From positions 288,001 to 352,000 of the forward strand of contig CAVWUU010000004.1 in the NCBI GenBank assembly GCA_963758295.1: a DNA stretch of 64,000 nucleotides, given 5' to 3'. The translations under genes were made by a program, and so were the position numbers. Positions 50,277-60,150 of the stretch are shown here, piece by piece (within the stretch, counting starts at the first letter, position 1; the number at the start of each line of letters is the position of its first letter). The DNA comes from Candidatus Eremiobacteria bacterium. Lineage in GTDB: Bacteria > Vulcanimicrobiota > Vulcanimicrobiia > Vulcanimicrobiales > Vulcanimicrobiaceae. Below the pieces are notes generated by a model, which made no database searches, was not told the origin of the DNA, and was given only the letters and a program-made list of their open reading frames with translations.

Positions 50277-50359
50277 ACGCCGCTTGGCCCGGCAGGTAGG
50301 CCCTGCGCCACGTGAAGCGAAGTTCGAAGAGAACGAATTGCTTCTCGAAGGGGTCATCA

Positions 50360-53300
50360 ATGCAGCTCTTTCGCACGTTCGCCGCGTTTTTGTTAATCGC
50401 GGCGCTTCTACGGGTTGGAGCACTCGCCGGTACGACGGGCAATATCCTCGGAAGAATATCCGATTCGCAGAGCGGCGCTCCGCTCGCCGGCGTCAGCGTC
50501 ACCGTCACTTCGGCTTCGCAGTCGTCTACCACGAAGACCGACGCGAACGGCACGTATCGATTTCTTTCGCTCATTCCCGATACGTACGTTGTCGCGCTTT
50601 CGCTCGACGGCTACGAGCCGGCCACACAAGCCGGCGTATCAGTTTTCGCCGATCAAACGCAGACCATGAATCTGACGATGATCAAGGCACTTAAAACCAT
50701 CGCCAAAGTCACGTCGCGCACGGCCGGGAATCTCGTGAAGTCCGGCACGACGAGCGACGTTTATTCGGTGAACTCGGCGATGCAGGCCGCGGCCTCAGGC
50801 CTCAATGGAGCAGGTTCGCTTTCTAATGCGTATGGGGCGATCGCCTCGGTTCCGGGCGTCCAGATAGATAGCGGGGAACAGGGCTGGTTCCAAATGGTTC
50901 ACATTCGCGGCGGCGACATCGATCAAGTCGGCTACGAATTGGACGGCATTCCGGTCAACCGGGTGTATGATAACGCGCCGATGACGATGCTCTCGAGTCT
51001 CGGCCAACAAGAATTACAGGTTTATACCGGCGGAACTCCGGCGAGCGCCGATGCGCAAGGCATCTCGGGCTATGTCAATCAAGTCGTTAAGACCGGAACC
51101 TATCCCGGCTTCGGAACGGGAACGCTTTCGATCGGAAGCCCCACTTTCTATCATGGCGCATCGGTCGAAGCCGGCGGCTCGACGCCCGACCGGCGCTTTT
51201 CGTACTACGTTGGAATCGGCGGTTCCAATCAAAACTACCGCTATATCGACAACAGCGATGGATCGGGTCTGCCGAACTCGTTCTTCTATCCGGTGAATCT
51301 GGTGGATCCGAATTCGTTCGCTCCCGGACCGGCCGGCGTCTACGTCGGCAGTGAGCCGCCGGGCGCGCCGCTCTTCAGCTCCGGATTGCTCTACGGCATC
51401 GCCAATACGAGACAGCGCGACGCGATCATGAATTTCCATTTCGCGATCCCGCACAAGAACAGCGGCTTACGCGACGATATTCAAGCCCTCTACGTCAACA
51501 GCGAAGTATTCAACGACTACTTCAGCTCCCAAAACGACGTGGATCCCGTCACGGCAAATTACTTGGGGCAGAACACCTACGACGACAGCTACATTTATAA
51601 AGGGCCTCTTATGCAAACCCCCGTGGCCGGCGACGTCGTGCCCTACTTCTACCCGAATAGTCCGACGCACGCGTTCGGAGCTCCGCTGCCGCCGGCGCTG
51701 CGAGATTCCAACGATAACGGTGTGGCGGTAACGAAACTGCAGTACCAGCACTCGTTCAGCAACACGGCGTTCTTGCGTGTGTACGGGTACACGTTGTACT
51801 CCAATTGGTTCATCCAAGGACCGAACACCGCGGCGCAGCCGTACTACGGCGCAGAACTCGCGGAGTATCAGATTCCGGATCACACGTACGGCACCAACAT
51901 CAGCTTCACCGATCAGCTGACCGACAAACATTTACTCACGGCAAGCTACGGCTATACGGGTTCGAATCTCCAGCGGTACACGATCGGCTTCATCCGCCCC
52001 CATTACAACATCGCTAGCTATCTCGGCAACGACGGCAATTGCTACGATCCCGCCTCCGGCAATCAAATCGGCTGCGTCGCCCAAGAACAAAGCGATACCG
52101 GCGACATCCAAGCCGTGCTCGGCGGCACGTTACCGACCGCTCCTGCCGGCTCGCCGGCCGCATTGCACGGCGCTCAGTGGCTCACGACCAACAACTACTT
52201 CTACTCAGGCAGCGGCGCGGCGATCAATCAAGTTCACACGCGCTTCAGCGGCTTCTCGCTAAGCGATCAGTGGCGCCCGTCGGACGCGCTGAACATCAAT
52301 CTCGGCTTGCGCATGGAAGACTTCCGGTACATCTATGGCGATACCGGAAGCAACGATCCAACGCGGCAATTCTGGTTCACGAAGTACAACGAGGAGTACT
52401 GCACCGCCGGCATCGGAACCGCCCCGACACCGCGTGTCGACGCGCTCGGCAATCCGACCGGCGTGGGCTCGTGTCCGGCCGGAACGACGCCGCTTTTGGG
52501 CTCGGCAAATGCCCTCGCCAATCCGGGCGCACCGGATTACGTGGCGGCGCGCTTCCAACCGCGTTTCAGCTTCACGTACACGCTTAATCCCGATACGGTC
52601 GTTCGCGGCTCGGCCGGCGTGTACGCGCGTCCGCCGAATTCGTCCTGGGTTCAGTACAACGTCGTGCAGCAAGACTTGCCGGTGTATCTCGGCAACCACT
52701 TTGCGGCCTTCGGTTTCACGACGCCGGAGCACTCGATTCGTCCAGATACGTCGTACAACTACGATCTGTCCCTCGAGAAGCACTTTAAAGGGACGGACAT
52801 AGCGTTCAAGCTCACGCCGTTCTATCGTGCGACGCGCGACCAACTTCAGAACTTCTTCATCGATCCGCAAGGCGGCCTGGAGTCCGGTCTCAACGTGGGG
52901 AATCAAATCTCGCAAGGCGTCGAGTTTGCTCTTACTAAAGGCGACTTCGCGCGCAACGGCTTTGCGGCTCAGCTCTCATACACGTACACGCACAGCGTCA
53001 TCAAGTATCAGAACTTCCCCGGCCAGACCGTGAACGTGATCGATCAGCTGAACAACTACATTCAAAAATATAACTCATTTACGTCGGCTTGCGCGGCGAA
53101 CGAAAACACCCCGCAGTGCGGAAACGGGCTCTACGCCACAAACGGCGCAGCGACGTACTCGATCGGCGGCACGACGTACACAAATCCGTATTTCAACGCG
53201 CAGGCACAGCCGCTCATGGACCGCAACGCGTTCTATCCGACGTACGACGTCATCCCGGGGCCGTATGCGGGCTTGAACGGCTATGCGGTGCCTCACGTGA

Positions 53301-53851
53301 TCACGCTTCTGATGAACTATAAGGCGAACAAATTCGCGATCACGCCCACGGCAACGTGGAGTTCCGGAGCGCAGTACGGTGCGCCCACCGTGTGGCCGGG
53401 TTACGACCCCACCACGTGTACGGCGCTCTTGCCGGGAGCAACGACGCCGGATCCCGCCACGTGCAGCGGCTCGATTTTCTTGCCGGATCCCTATAACGGC
53501 AACCATTTCGACACCCTCGGTCAATTTAAACAGCCGTGGCATCTTACGGTCGGCGTCGGCCTGTCGTATGAGGTATCGCCGCACATCAAAGCGCGGTTGA
53601 GCTTCGTAAACCTCGTCGACACGTGCGGCCAACGGGGCTATGCGTGGGACAATTCCAACTTCTGCACGTACGGCGGCCTCGCCACCGGCCTTATGGCACC
53701 GGCAGGCAACTTCTGGCCGAATTCCAACGGAACGACCGCACCACCGCAGATGCAATATCCCTACGGGTTCTTTGTCAACAACACGAACACCGGATTCGTC
53801 GGAACCCGACAGCCGGTACAAATCACCGGCAGCCTGCAGATTCAGCTGTAA
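50360..53851 (+). CDS. TonB-dependent receptor-like outer-membrane protein with carboxypeptidase-regulatory N-domain
   Basis: Signal peptide; GTTGNILGRISD...GAPLAGVSV; plug IRGG...YELDGIPVN; SDQW, QPRFSFTY barrel strands. Confidence 0.85.
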   Translation: MQLFRTFAAFLLIAALLRVGALAGTTGNILGRISDSQSGAPLAGVSVTVTSASQSSTTKTDANGTYRFLSLIPDTYVVALSLDGYEPATQAGVSVFADQTQTMNLTMIKALKTIAKVTSRTAGNLVKSGTTSDVYSVNSAMQAAASGLNGAGSLSNAYGAIASVPGVQIDSGEQGWFQMVHIRGGDIDQVGYELDGIPVNRVYDNAPMTMLSSLGQQELQVYTGGTPASADAQGISGYVNQVVKTGTYPGFGTGTLSIGSPTFYHGASVEAGGSTPDRRFSYYVGIGGSNQNYRYIDNSDGSGLPNSFFYPVNLVDPNSFAPGPAGVYVGSEPPGAPLFSSGLLYGIANTRQRDAIMNFHFAIPHKNSGLRDDIQALYVNSEVFNDYFSSQNDVDPVTANYLGQNTYDDSYIYKGPLMQTPVAGDVVPYFYPNSPTHAFGAPLPPALRDSNDNGVAVTKLQYQHSFSNTAFLRVYGYTLYSNWFIQGPNTAAQPYYGAELAEYQIPDHTYGTNISFTDQLTDKHLLTASYGYTGSNLQRYTIGFIRPHYNIASYLGNDGNCYDPASGNQIGCVAQEQSDTGDIQAVLGGTLPTAPAGSPAALHGAQWLTTNNYFYSGSGAAINQVHTRFSGFSLSDQWRPSDALNINLGLRMEDFRYIYGDTGSNDPTRQFWFTKYNEEYCTAGIGTAPTPRVDALGNPTGVGSCPAGTTPLLGSANALANPGAPDYVAARFQPRFSFTYTLNPDTVVRGSAGVYARPPNSSWVQYNVVQQDLPVYLGNHFAAFGFTTPEHSIRPDTSYNYDLSLEKHFKGTDIAFKLTPFYRATRDQLQNFFIDPQGGLESGLNVGNQISQGVEFALTKGDFARNGFAAQLSYTYTHSVIKYQNFPGQTVNVIDQLNNYIQKYNSFTSACAANENTPQCGNGLYATNGAATYSIGGTTYTNPYFNAQAQPLMDRNAFYPTYDVIPGPYAGLNGYAVPHVITLLMNYKANKFAITPTATWSSGAQYGAPTVWPGYDPTTCTALLPGATTPDPATCSGSIFLPDPYNGNHFDTLGQFKQPWHLTVGVGLSYEVSPHIKARLSFVNLVDTCGQRGYAWDNSNFCTYGGLATGLMAPAGNFWPNSNGTTAPPQMQYPYGFFVNNTNTGFVGTRQPVQITGSLQIQL

Positions 53852-53896
53852 CTTCCGGTATGAAAACCAAAATCGGCGCTTTGCCGGGCCCTTCTT

Positions 53897-54781
53897 CTAT
53901 GCCCAGTCTTGCGTCAGATAGAGCCAGAACGCCAGTCCGGCGTAATCGCCGTAGCGATTGAAAGCTCGAACAATCGTCGAATCTTTGGCTTGTTTTTTCT
54001 TCGAAATGCGCAGATATTTTGGCCGCGTCCACGAGTCCAGAATCAAACGGCGGTGACGGCCCAAGAGTTGCATTACGTGCGCCGCGGCGTACGGGCCAAT
54101 GCCGGGCAACTGGAGCAAAGCGTCTTCTACTTCTTCATCGCTCATCCCGAAACGCGGCAGGTAACGCTCCGGATCTAGCTCACCGCGCGCAACCCGCTCG
54201 GCGATTTCGCGCACGTACGGACCTCGGTACCCCATCTTCGCTACGTCTCGGTACCATGCGTCGGGTGTTTTGGCGAGCGTCTGCGGGTCGGGAAACGTTC
54301 CGCCGCCCAGCGCGACCAACGCTTTGGTCATGCGTTCGGTGGCGGACCAGGAACAGTTGGTCGTGCAAATCGTTTTGATGACGTCTTCAAAAACGGTTGG
54401 GCTTGCTAACATTCGGCCTGCACCGGCGGCGGCCCACCCGAGAAGCGGATCCTCTTCTATCATCGCGTAAAACGGCGCAAGGTCGTCTTCGAGGCGAAAA
54501 ATACGCGTCACGGCATTGCGTACGAACTCGCGTTCTCGTGCACTGAGCTTTCCATCAGGCTCGATATGAATCGCGTTGTCGCGCTCGGTCAAGGTAAGGT
54601 TGGCGATACGGCCGCTTATGCGCAGCGCCGTACGATAAGTCTTCCGATCTTCATCGACGCGGGAGGGTGGTAATGCGGCGACACCGTGCGAGATGATTGT
54701 GCGGTAGAAATCAACGGGTTCTCCACCCGCACCGCGTAGCGGAAGTCTTAGATCAAAGGACGTACGAGATGTTGACGGCAA
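53897..54781 (-). CDS. HhH-GPD DNA glycosylase (AlkA/Ogg-like)
   Basis: FEDVIKTICTTN, FPDP, MGYRG, LLQLPGIGPYAA...LDSW. Confidence 0.82.
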   Translation of the reverse strand: MPSTSRTSFDLRLPLRGAGGEPVDFYRTIISHGVAALPPSRVDEDRKTYRTALRISGRIANLTLTERDNAIHIEPDGKLSAREREFVRNAVTRIFRLEDDLAPFYAMIEEDPLLGWAAAGAGRMLASPTVFEDVIKTICTTNCSWSATERMTKALVALGGGTFPDPQTLAKTPDAWYRDVAKMGYRGPYVREIAERVARGELDPERYLPRFGMSDEEVEDALLQLPGIGPYAAAHVMQLLGRHRRLILDSWTRPKYLRISKKKQAKDSTIVRAFNRYGDYAGLAFWLYLTQDWA

Positions 54782-55211
54782 AGCCGGCAGCTTCCGCGCG
54801 CAACAGCACGCCGTAGACGGCGTCCAGCTCTTCTTCGATGGCCGTAATTTCGTTCGCGCTCACGCGGAAACGCGCGGCGTTCGTCCACAGCAGTCCGCGT
54901 GCGCGCTCGAGCGCGGAACGCAGCCGCTGCGGCGTCGCTTCCAAGACCGGCCAATCGAGATCGCCCTGAGCAGGAACGACACGCCAACCGCGTCCGGAAA
55001 TATGCGGCACTTCTTCGTCCGGATCGAACGCGTGCGGAATTGCCGAGAGCACGTCGAGCGCTTCACGGTCGAGGCCGGATAGCGGCAGCCCAAGCTCCGC
55101 TAGCCGGACGATGTAGCGGAAAAACGACGTATTGCCGACGGTATAGGCACCAGCCGGCGACGCGACGTTAATATGGACCGAATCGATTTCAGGTTGAATG
55201 GGGCTCCCCAA
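54753..55211 (-). CDS. Hypothetical protein
   Basis: 152-aa ORF overlapping the glycosylase start. Confidence 0.65.
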   Translation of the reverse strand: MGSPIQPEIDSVHINVASPAGAYTVGNTSFFRYIVRLAELGLPLSGLDREALDVLSAIPHAFDPDEEVPHISGRGWRVVPAQGDLDWPVLEATPQRLRSALERARGLLWTNAARFRVSANEITAIEEELDAVYGVLLRAEAAGFAVNISYVL

Positions 55212-55282
55212 TTCCGGGCGTGGCTCTGGCGCCGTTCTTCGCTGGAAGAACTTGGCCTCTTGCGGGGCGAAAGCTTGCCGGC

Positions 55283-56530
55283 ATGACAGGTTATGACGCC
55301 TGCGTCCGATGCGGGTTATGCCTGCCCTCGTGCCCGACGTACCTTGAGACTATGACGGAAACATCCGGCCCGCGCGGTCGGATTAGTCTTATCAAAGCGG
55401 TGGACGAAGGGCGCATCGATCTTTTAAGCCCCGGCTTCACCGCGCAAATGTCGCAGTGCTTGGACTGCCGGGCATGCGAAGCGGTCTGCCCGTCCGGCGT
55501 TCCGTACGGCGAATTGCTCGAAGGAGCCCGCGCGGAAATCGAATCCGCGAAAGCACCGCGGCGCACGCCGCTGCAGCGTGCAGCGCGCAACTTGCTGGTC
55601 CGAGGCCTCTTTGGCAATCTGAAGTTGATGGCTATGGCCGCTTCGATGACGCGATTCATGCAACGCACGGGACTCATTCATCTCGCGGCGCTTGCGGGGC
55701 TCGGACGCGCCGCAAAACTAGCGCCGCGGATTGCCGACAGCTACTTCGAACCTTCGAATCAGGAATATCCCGCGCAAGCGGCGGCGGGGACGGCGTTCGT
55801 GCACGCCGGCTGCGTCATGCGCTATGCCTTTCCGAACGTCCATGAAGCCTCGATCCGCATGTTACGCCGCGCGGGGCTTTCAGCCGTCGTCCCGGGCGGA
55901 CAAGGCTGTTGCGGCGCGATTGCCGTTCACGCGGGCGACCCGGATTTTGCACGCGTCCTTGCCAAGAAAAACATTGAAGCCTTCGAGCGCAGCAAGGCCG
56001 ACGTGTATGTCGTCGATGCCGCAGGCTGCGGAGCGGCGCTCAAGGAGTACGGGAGACTTTTTGCCGGCGATCCGGAATGGGAACCCCGCGCCGTGCGTTT
56101 CTCGAGCCGCGTGCGTGACGTGCTCGAAGTGCTCGACGCAATGCCGTTCGACTCGCACATCGGCCGCCTCGACGCCACCGTAACGTATCAAGAACCGTGC
56201 CACTTAGTGCACGCGCAACGCGTAAGTGCGGCACCGCGACGTCTTTTAGCGCAAGTCCCAGGCCTGCGGCTCGTCGAGATGAACGAAAGCGCCGTCTGTT
56301 GCGGCAGCGCCGGAGTCTATAATCTGGCGGAGCCCGAAATGTCACAACGGCTACAGAGACGCAAGGTGGAAAACATAGAAAAAACGGCCGCAACTTTGGT
56401 TGCGACCGCCAATCCGGGCTGCGCCACGCAGGTTGCAGCGGGGTTACGCGAAGCGGGAATCAACGCTCACGTGAAGCACGTCGTCGAGATTCTCGACGAC
56501 GCCTATGGGGCATTTAGAGCGTCGCCGTAA
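55283..56530 (+). CDS. GlcF-like Fe-S protein (two 4Fe-4S motifs plus two CCG domains)
   Basis: CVRCGLCLPSCP, CLDCRACEAVCP, CCGA, EPCHL, CCGSAG, ANPGC. Confidence 0.9.
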   Translation: MTGYDACVRCGLCLPSCPTYLETMTETSGPRGRISLIKAVDEGRIDLLSPGFTAQMSQCLDCRACEAVCPSGVPYGELLEGARAEIESAKAPRRTPLQRAARNLLVRGLFGNLKLMAMAASMTRFMQRTGLIHLAALAGLGRAAKLAPRIADSYFEPSNQEYPAQAAAGTAFVHAGCVMRYAFPNVHEASIRMLRRAGLSAVVPGGQGCCGAIAVHAGDPDFARVLAKKNIEAFERSKADVYVVDAAGCGAALKEYGRLFAGDPEWEPRAVRFSSRVRDVLEVLDAMPFDSHIGRLDATVTYQEPCHLVHAQRVSAAPRRLLAQVPGLRLVEMNESAVCCGSAGVYNLAEPEMSQRLQRRKVENIEKTAATLVATANPGCATQVAAGLREAGINAHVKHVVEILDDAYGAFRASP

Positions 56531-56888
56531 CGCGCGCCTCATCGTTGAGCGCGTCGTCCAGCGTGTGGTAGACGGGAAAAACGCGAATCAAGCCGGTGAT
56601 GTTGAGAAGCCGGTAAATCTGCCCTTCGCCTACGACTAAGCGGACCTTGCCGCCGTTTTCCAGTGCGCGCCGGTGCGCGCCGATTAACGCGCCGAGTCCG
56701 GTGGAATCCAAAAACTCAAGCTTCGTGAGATCCACGATGATCTCATGATTGCCTTCGCTCGCGGCCCCGATGAGCGCCGCGCGTACCGAAGGCGCCGTAG
56801 CGAGATCCAAGCTTCCGCGAAGGCTGTAAATCAGCGCCTCGCCTTGATGCTCGCTCTTGATGTCGATTGTCAATTCATCGTGCGACAT
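56514..56888 (-). CDS. STAS anti-sigma-factor antagonist (RsbV/SpoIIAA family)
   Basis: GSLDLATAP, FLDSTGLGALI, LLNITGL. Confidence 0.92.
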   Translation of the reverse strand: MSHDELTIDIKSEHQGEALIYSLRGSLDLATAPSVRAALIGAASEGNHEIIVDLTKLEFLDSTGLGALIGAHRRALENGGKVRLVVGEGQIYRLLNITGLIRVFPVYHTLDDALNDEARVTATL

Positions 56889-56897
56889 TGGTGCTCC

Positions 56898-57239
56898 TTA
56901 GCCATGATATTCGCGCCAGAACGCGATAAGCCCGGACTCGCGACGGACCAGCGCGCAGCCGGCGCGTTCGTGCCAATCTCCGGTCGAGCCTTTGACGGCG
57001 AATCGATAAGCAACTGCTGCGCGTTCGCCTTCCGCGATGATTTCGTCTACCTCGACGTGCCACGGCGGACCGTCACGAAAGAACCGCTGAAAATGCGCAA
57101 AGATCGCTTCGCGTCCGACTATCGGCTCGCGTCCTGACTCGTGATAGGTTGCATCTGGCGCAAAGAACGCTGACGCGCGATGCGCGTCGTTCGTCTTCCA
57201 CGCCGAAACGAGCTCTTCTATGAGCGCGTTTATAGTCAC
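56898..57239 (-). CDS. SnoaL/NTF2-like protein
   Basis: AWKTNDA...FFAPDATY...GREAI...GLIAFWREY. Confidence 0.82.
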   Translation of the reverse strand: MTINALIEELVSAWKTNDAHRASAFFAPDATYHESGREPIVGREAIFAHFQRFFRDGPPWHVEVDEIIAEGERAAVAYRFAVKGSTGDWHERAGCALVRRESGLIAFWREYHG

Positions 57240-58192
57240 GAATCTACCGCCTGCTCGGACATCTTAAACGTAGAAGCGTCGTCGTCCCAACGCGCTGCCG
57301 AATCGCCTTCGAGATGAACGCCGCCGACCCAGCGGTCTAGCGGGCCGGCCTCGCCGCGATCGGCATCGCCGGCCAGCACGCGACGTCCTAGCGCCGTCGG
57401 CACGAAGGCATCCCCTTCACCTTCAAGAAGGGCCGGTTCGCGCGCTAAATCGTCGAGGATTGCGTAAAACGAACGATCGCCCAGAAACGCCGCTTCTTCT
57501 CGCGCTTGCGAACGGCGGAATAGTTCTTCTTTTCGTGCGGGCGAATGTGCGGCTGAAAGAAGTGCTTGCCGTTCCGAACGCGACAAGCCATCGGACGTCC
57601 ACGGATACTCTTCGCACAGTCGTCGAAGCGCGGGGCGCATGAACGGCAGGCCGCCGGCTTCGCCATCGGTCTCTTCACGCAGCACGCGTGGATCCGCCGA
57701 CGTTACAGCAGCCCAAGCGCGCTGCCCCATCGCAAACATAGCGGGTGACACCGCCCGCCGCTTGGGATGGAGCGCAGCCAACTCTTCGGACGTCATGCTG
57801 CCCAGGTACTCGGCGGACTGCACGATCGAAACCGCACCGGGCTCAAGGTCCATGCCTTCGAGCAACGGCAGCAGTTGCGCGAGGTGCAGTTGATCGTAGA
57901 GATCGTGTTCGAACCACAGCACCACTTCCGCGAATTCGCGCGCGCGGTTGATTAACTCATCGCGATGCTCGAAATCGTGAAGGAGTTTGATAGGGTTTCC
58001 ATAGCCGCGAGATGCGAGATAGGCACCCCGTACACGGCTTAATGCCTGAAGAGAGAGTCCCCCGGGAACGGGGCCCTCGTGCAGCACGTCGCGCCATGCC
58101 AAATGCGTACCGAGAATGCCGGCTTTCTTGAACGTGGAAATTACCGAGTCGCCGTTGGTAACGTGCAACGTCTGCGTGCTTCGACCGCTCAT
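57236..58192 (-). CDS. DUF1835-like protein
   Basis: LHVTNGDS, WRDVLHEGPVP, VVLWFEHDLYDQL, DGLSRSERQ, RWVGGV. Confidence 0.75.
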   Translation of the reverse strand: MSGRSTQTLHVTNGDSVISTFKKAGILGTHLAWRDVLHEGPVPGGLSLQALSRVRGAYLASRGYGNPIKLLHDFEHRDELINRAREFAEVVLWFEHDLYDQLHLAQLLPLLEGMDLEPGAVSIVQSAEYLGSMTSEELAALHPKRRAVSPAMFAMGQRAWAAVTSADPRVLREETDGEAGGLPFMRPALRRLCEEYPWTSDGLSRSERQALLSAAHSPARKEELFRRSQAREEAAFLGDRSFYAILDDLAREPALLEGEGDAFVPTALGRRVLAGDADRGEAGPLDRWVGGVHLEGDSAARWDDDASTFKMSEQAVDS

Positions 58193-58193
58193 G

Positions 58194-60086
58194 CTACGGC
58201 CGTTTGTGCAACCGCAGGGACACGCTTACCTCCGTGCCGCCTTCGTCATAGTTGCACGCGACCCGCAAATCGTCGGCCAGCGCGCTTATCAGAAACAGTC
58301 CGCGGCCGCCCTCACTCAACTGGTCTTCCGGAAGGGCGGCTTTCAATGCGAAGCCCGGCCCGGAATCGCGCATCCGCAACAGCGGACGCGCCAGGCTCCA
58401 GTCGACTTCGACCTGCACCGGCCCGGGCGCATGTTCCACCACATTGGCTACCAATTCGCCCAACACGCACTTCACATCGCACAAATCCGTTTCGGGCATC
58501 GCCTGCGCATCGATAAACGCTAGAACTCGCCGGATCACGCGATATGCCGCATCCGGCTCGCTCGAATCGAATTGCCACGACATGATCGAGCGGCTGGTAC
58601 AATGCGACACCGTTGCGCCCGGGCCGTCGCAGAATGAAAGGACGAGCATCGCCACGTCATCCGTTGCTCGATGCCCATCCAGCGTCCGATCTACGAGTTC
58701 GGCGGCTCGTGAGGCAGTATTTGGCAGCGAAGAAACGTCTATGGCATTCCGGAGCAAGAGGCGTTCGGTTGCAATCACATCACGTGAGAATTCCAACACG
58801 CCGTCGGTGTAAAGCGCGAGCATGCCCACGTCTTCGAGCGCGATCGTCCGCGACGCATACTCTACATCGGCCACTACGCCGAGCGGCAACCCTTCGGAGG
58901 TTTCGACGCTCGCCGAGTTGCCGCGGACGACGATGATGCCCGGATGGCCGGCCGACGCAAATTCAAACGTTCGCCGTTCTAAATCCAAGACGCCGTAAAG
59001 CGCCGTCGCCAACGGTAATTTTCGCCGGCGAATAAACGCGTTACACCGGCGCAATATCGCGCGCGGGTCGCTTTCGTCTTCGGCTGCCGCCGACATATAT
59101 TGCCGGATGCGCGCCATGGCCGCCGACGCGGTGATTCCATGACCTACGACATCGCCGATCGAAACGCCGTAGCGCTGTTCCGAAATTTCGAAACAATCGT
59201 ACCAATCGCCGCCGACGCGCGACTCTTCCGTTGCGGCAACGTAGACGCTGCTGCAGCCGGCGTTCGGGATGGGGACGGTCTGGCGCGGGAGCAACGCTTG
59301 TTGAAACGTATCGATCACGCGGTCTTTGCGTTCCATTGACAGTTTTGCGTCGTGAATGTCGGTAAGCGTCGCGAACCACTGCGCATTGTCGCCGAGCGCG
59401 TCCGCCACGTGGTGCGCGCATAAATGCACCCATCGATAGCTCTCGGAGGGCGCGTGATAAAGCTGATGGACGAAGGAAAGCGCACCGGTCTGCCGCCCGG
59501 AGCGCAATCCGGCGCGAATGAAGGCTCGGTCCTCGGGGCGGAACGCACGTTGCCAGCCCTCGTGCAAGGCTTCCTCGACCGGAATGCCCGTGTACTCGCT
59601 CCATCGTCGATTGAGATATGCCGCGTTCCACTCGTCATCGGCAATCCACACGATCGGATCGATATTGTCGGCAAGCGCGCGAAATTTCACCTCCGACTTG
59701 AGCAACGCGCGTTCGATCTCTTTGAGGTCGTCGACGTCTTGCAACACGCCGAGCCAGTGCGAAATGCGGGCGTCGGGCCCATGAACCGGTTGCGCGCGGC
59801 AGAGAAACCAATGAAACGTCCCATCGGCGAGCCGCAGCCGCACTTCCCGAACGTAGGTCGTGCCGTCCCGAAGGGCGTCAAACCAGGCCTGGGAGGCACC
59901 GGCGCCATCATCCGGATGCAAGGCGTCTTGCCATCCGGAATCGAGCATCGCTTCGTTGGGCACGCCTGTCAGGCGCCGCCAGTGGCCGTTTAGCCAGCGC
60001 ACGCGACCATCAGCCGAGGTCACAAAAAGGACCACGGGGTACGAGTCGGCGTTTTCTGCCCATCTAAGTAGATCGAGCGTCGTCAT
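58194..60086 (-). CDS. PAS-PAS-SpoIIE phosphatase-HATPase (RsbU-RsbW-like fusion)
   Basis: Two PAS domains; VGGDWYD, IGDVVGHG, LYTDG, DDVA; ELVANVVEHA, DSGPG, GGRGL. Confidence 0.9.
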   Translation of the reverse strand: MTTLDLLRWAENADSYPVVLFVTSADGRVRWLNGHWRRLTGVPNEAMLDSGWQDALHPDDGAGASQAWFDALRDGTTYVREVRLRLADGTFHWFLCRAQPVHGPDARISHWLGVLQDVDDLKEIERALLKSEVKFRALADNIDPIVWIADDEWNAAYLNRRWSEYTGIPVEEALHEGWQRAFRPEDRAFIRAGLRSGRQTGALSFVHQLYHAPSESYRWVHLCAHHVADALGDNAQWFATLTDIHDAKLSMERKDRVIDTFQQALLPRQTVPIPNAGCSSVYVAATEESRVGGDWYDCFEISEQRYGVSIGDVVGHGITASAAMARIRQYMSAAAEDESDPRAILRRCNAFIRRRKLPLATALYGVLDLERRTFEFASAGHPGIIVVRGNSASVETSEGLPLGVVADVEYASRTIALEDVGMLALYTDGVLEFSRDVIATERLLLRNAIDVSSLPNTASRAAELVDRTLDGHRATDDVAMLVLSFCDGPGATVSHCTSRSIMSWQFDSSEPDAAYRVIRRVLAFIDAQAMPETDLCDVKCVLGELVANVVEHAPGPVQVEVDWSLARPLLRMRDSGPGFALKAALPEDQLSEGGRGLFLISALADDLRVACNYDEGGTEVSVSLRLHKRP

Positions 60087-60150
60087 CGTACTTTCCGGCG
60101 GTATACCCCAAGCAGGCATCCCCTAACCACTTTCAAACGTCCGGGGTGAT

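Noticed and set aside
41535..56530. Split glycolate oxidase (FAD oxidoreductase plus GlcF)
   Set aside because: The genes are about 12 kb apart in different operons, with no evidence of linkage.
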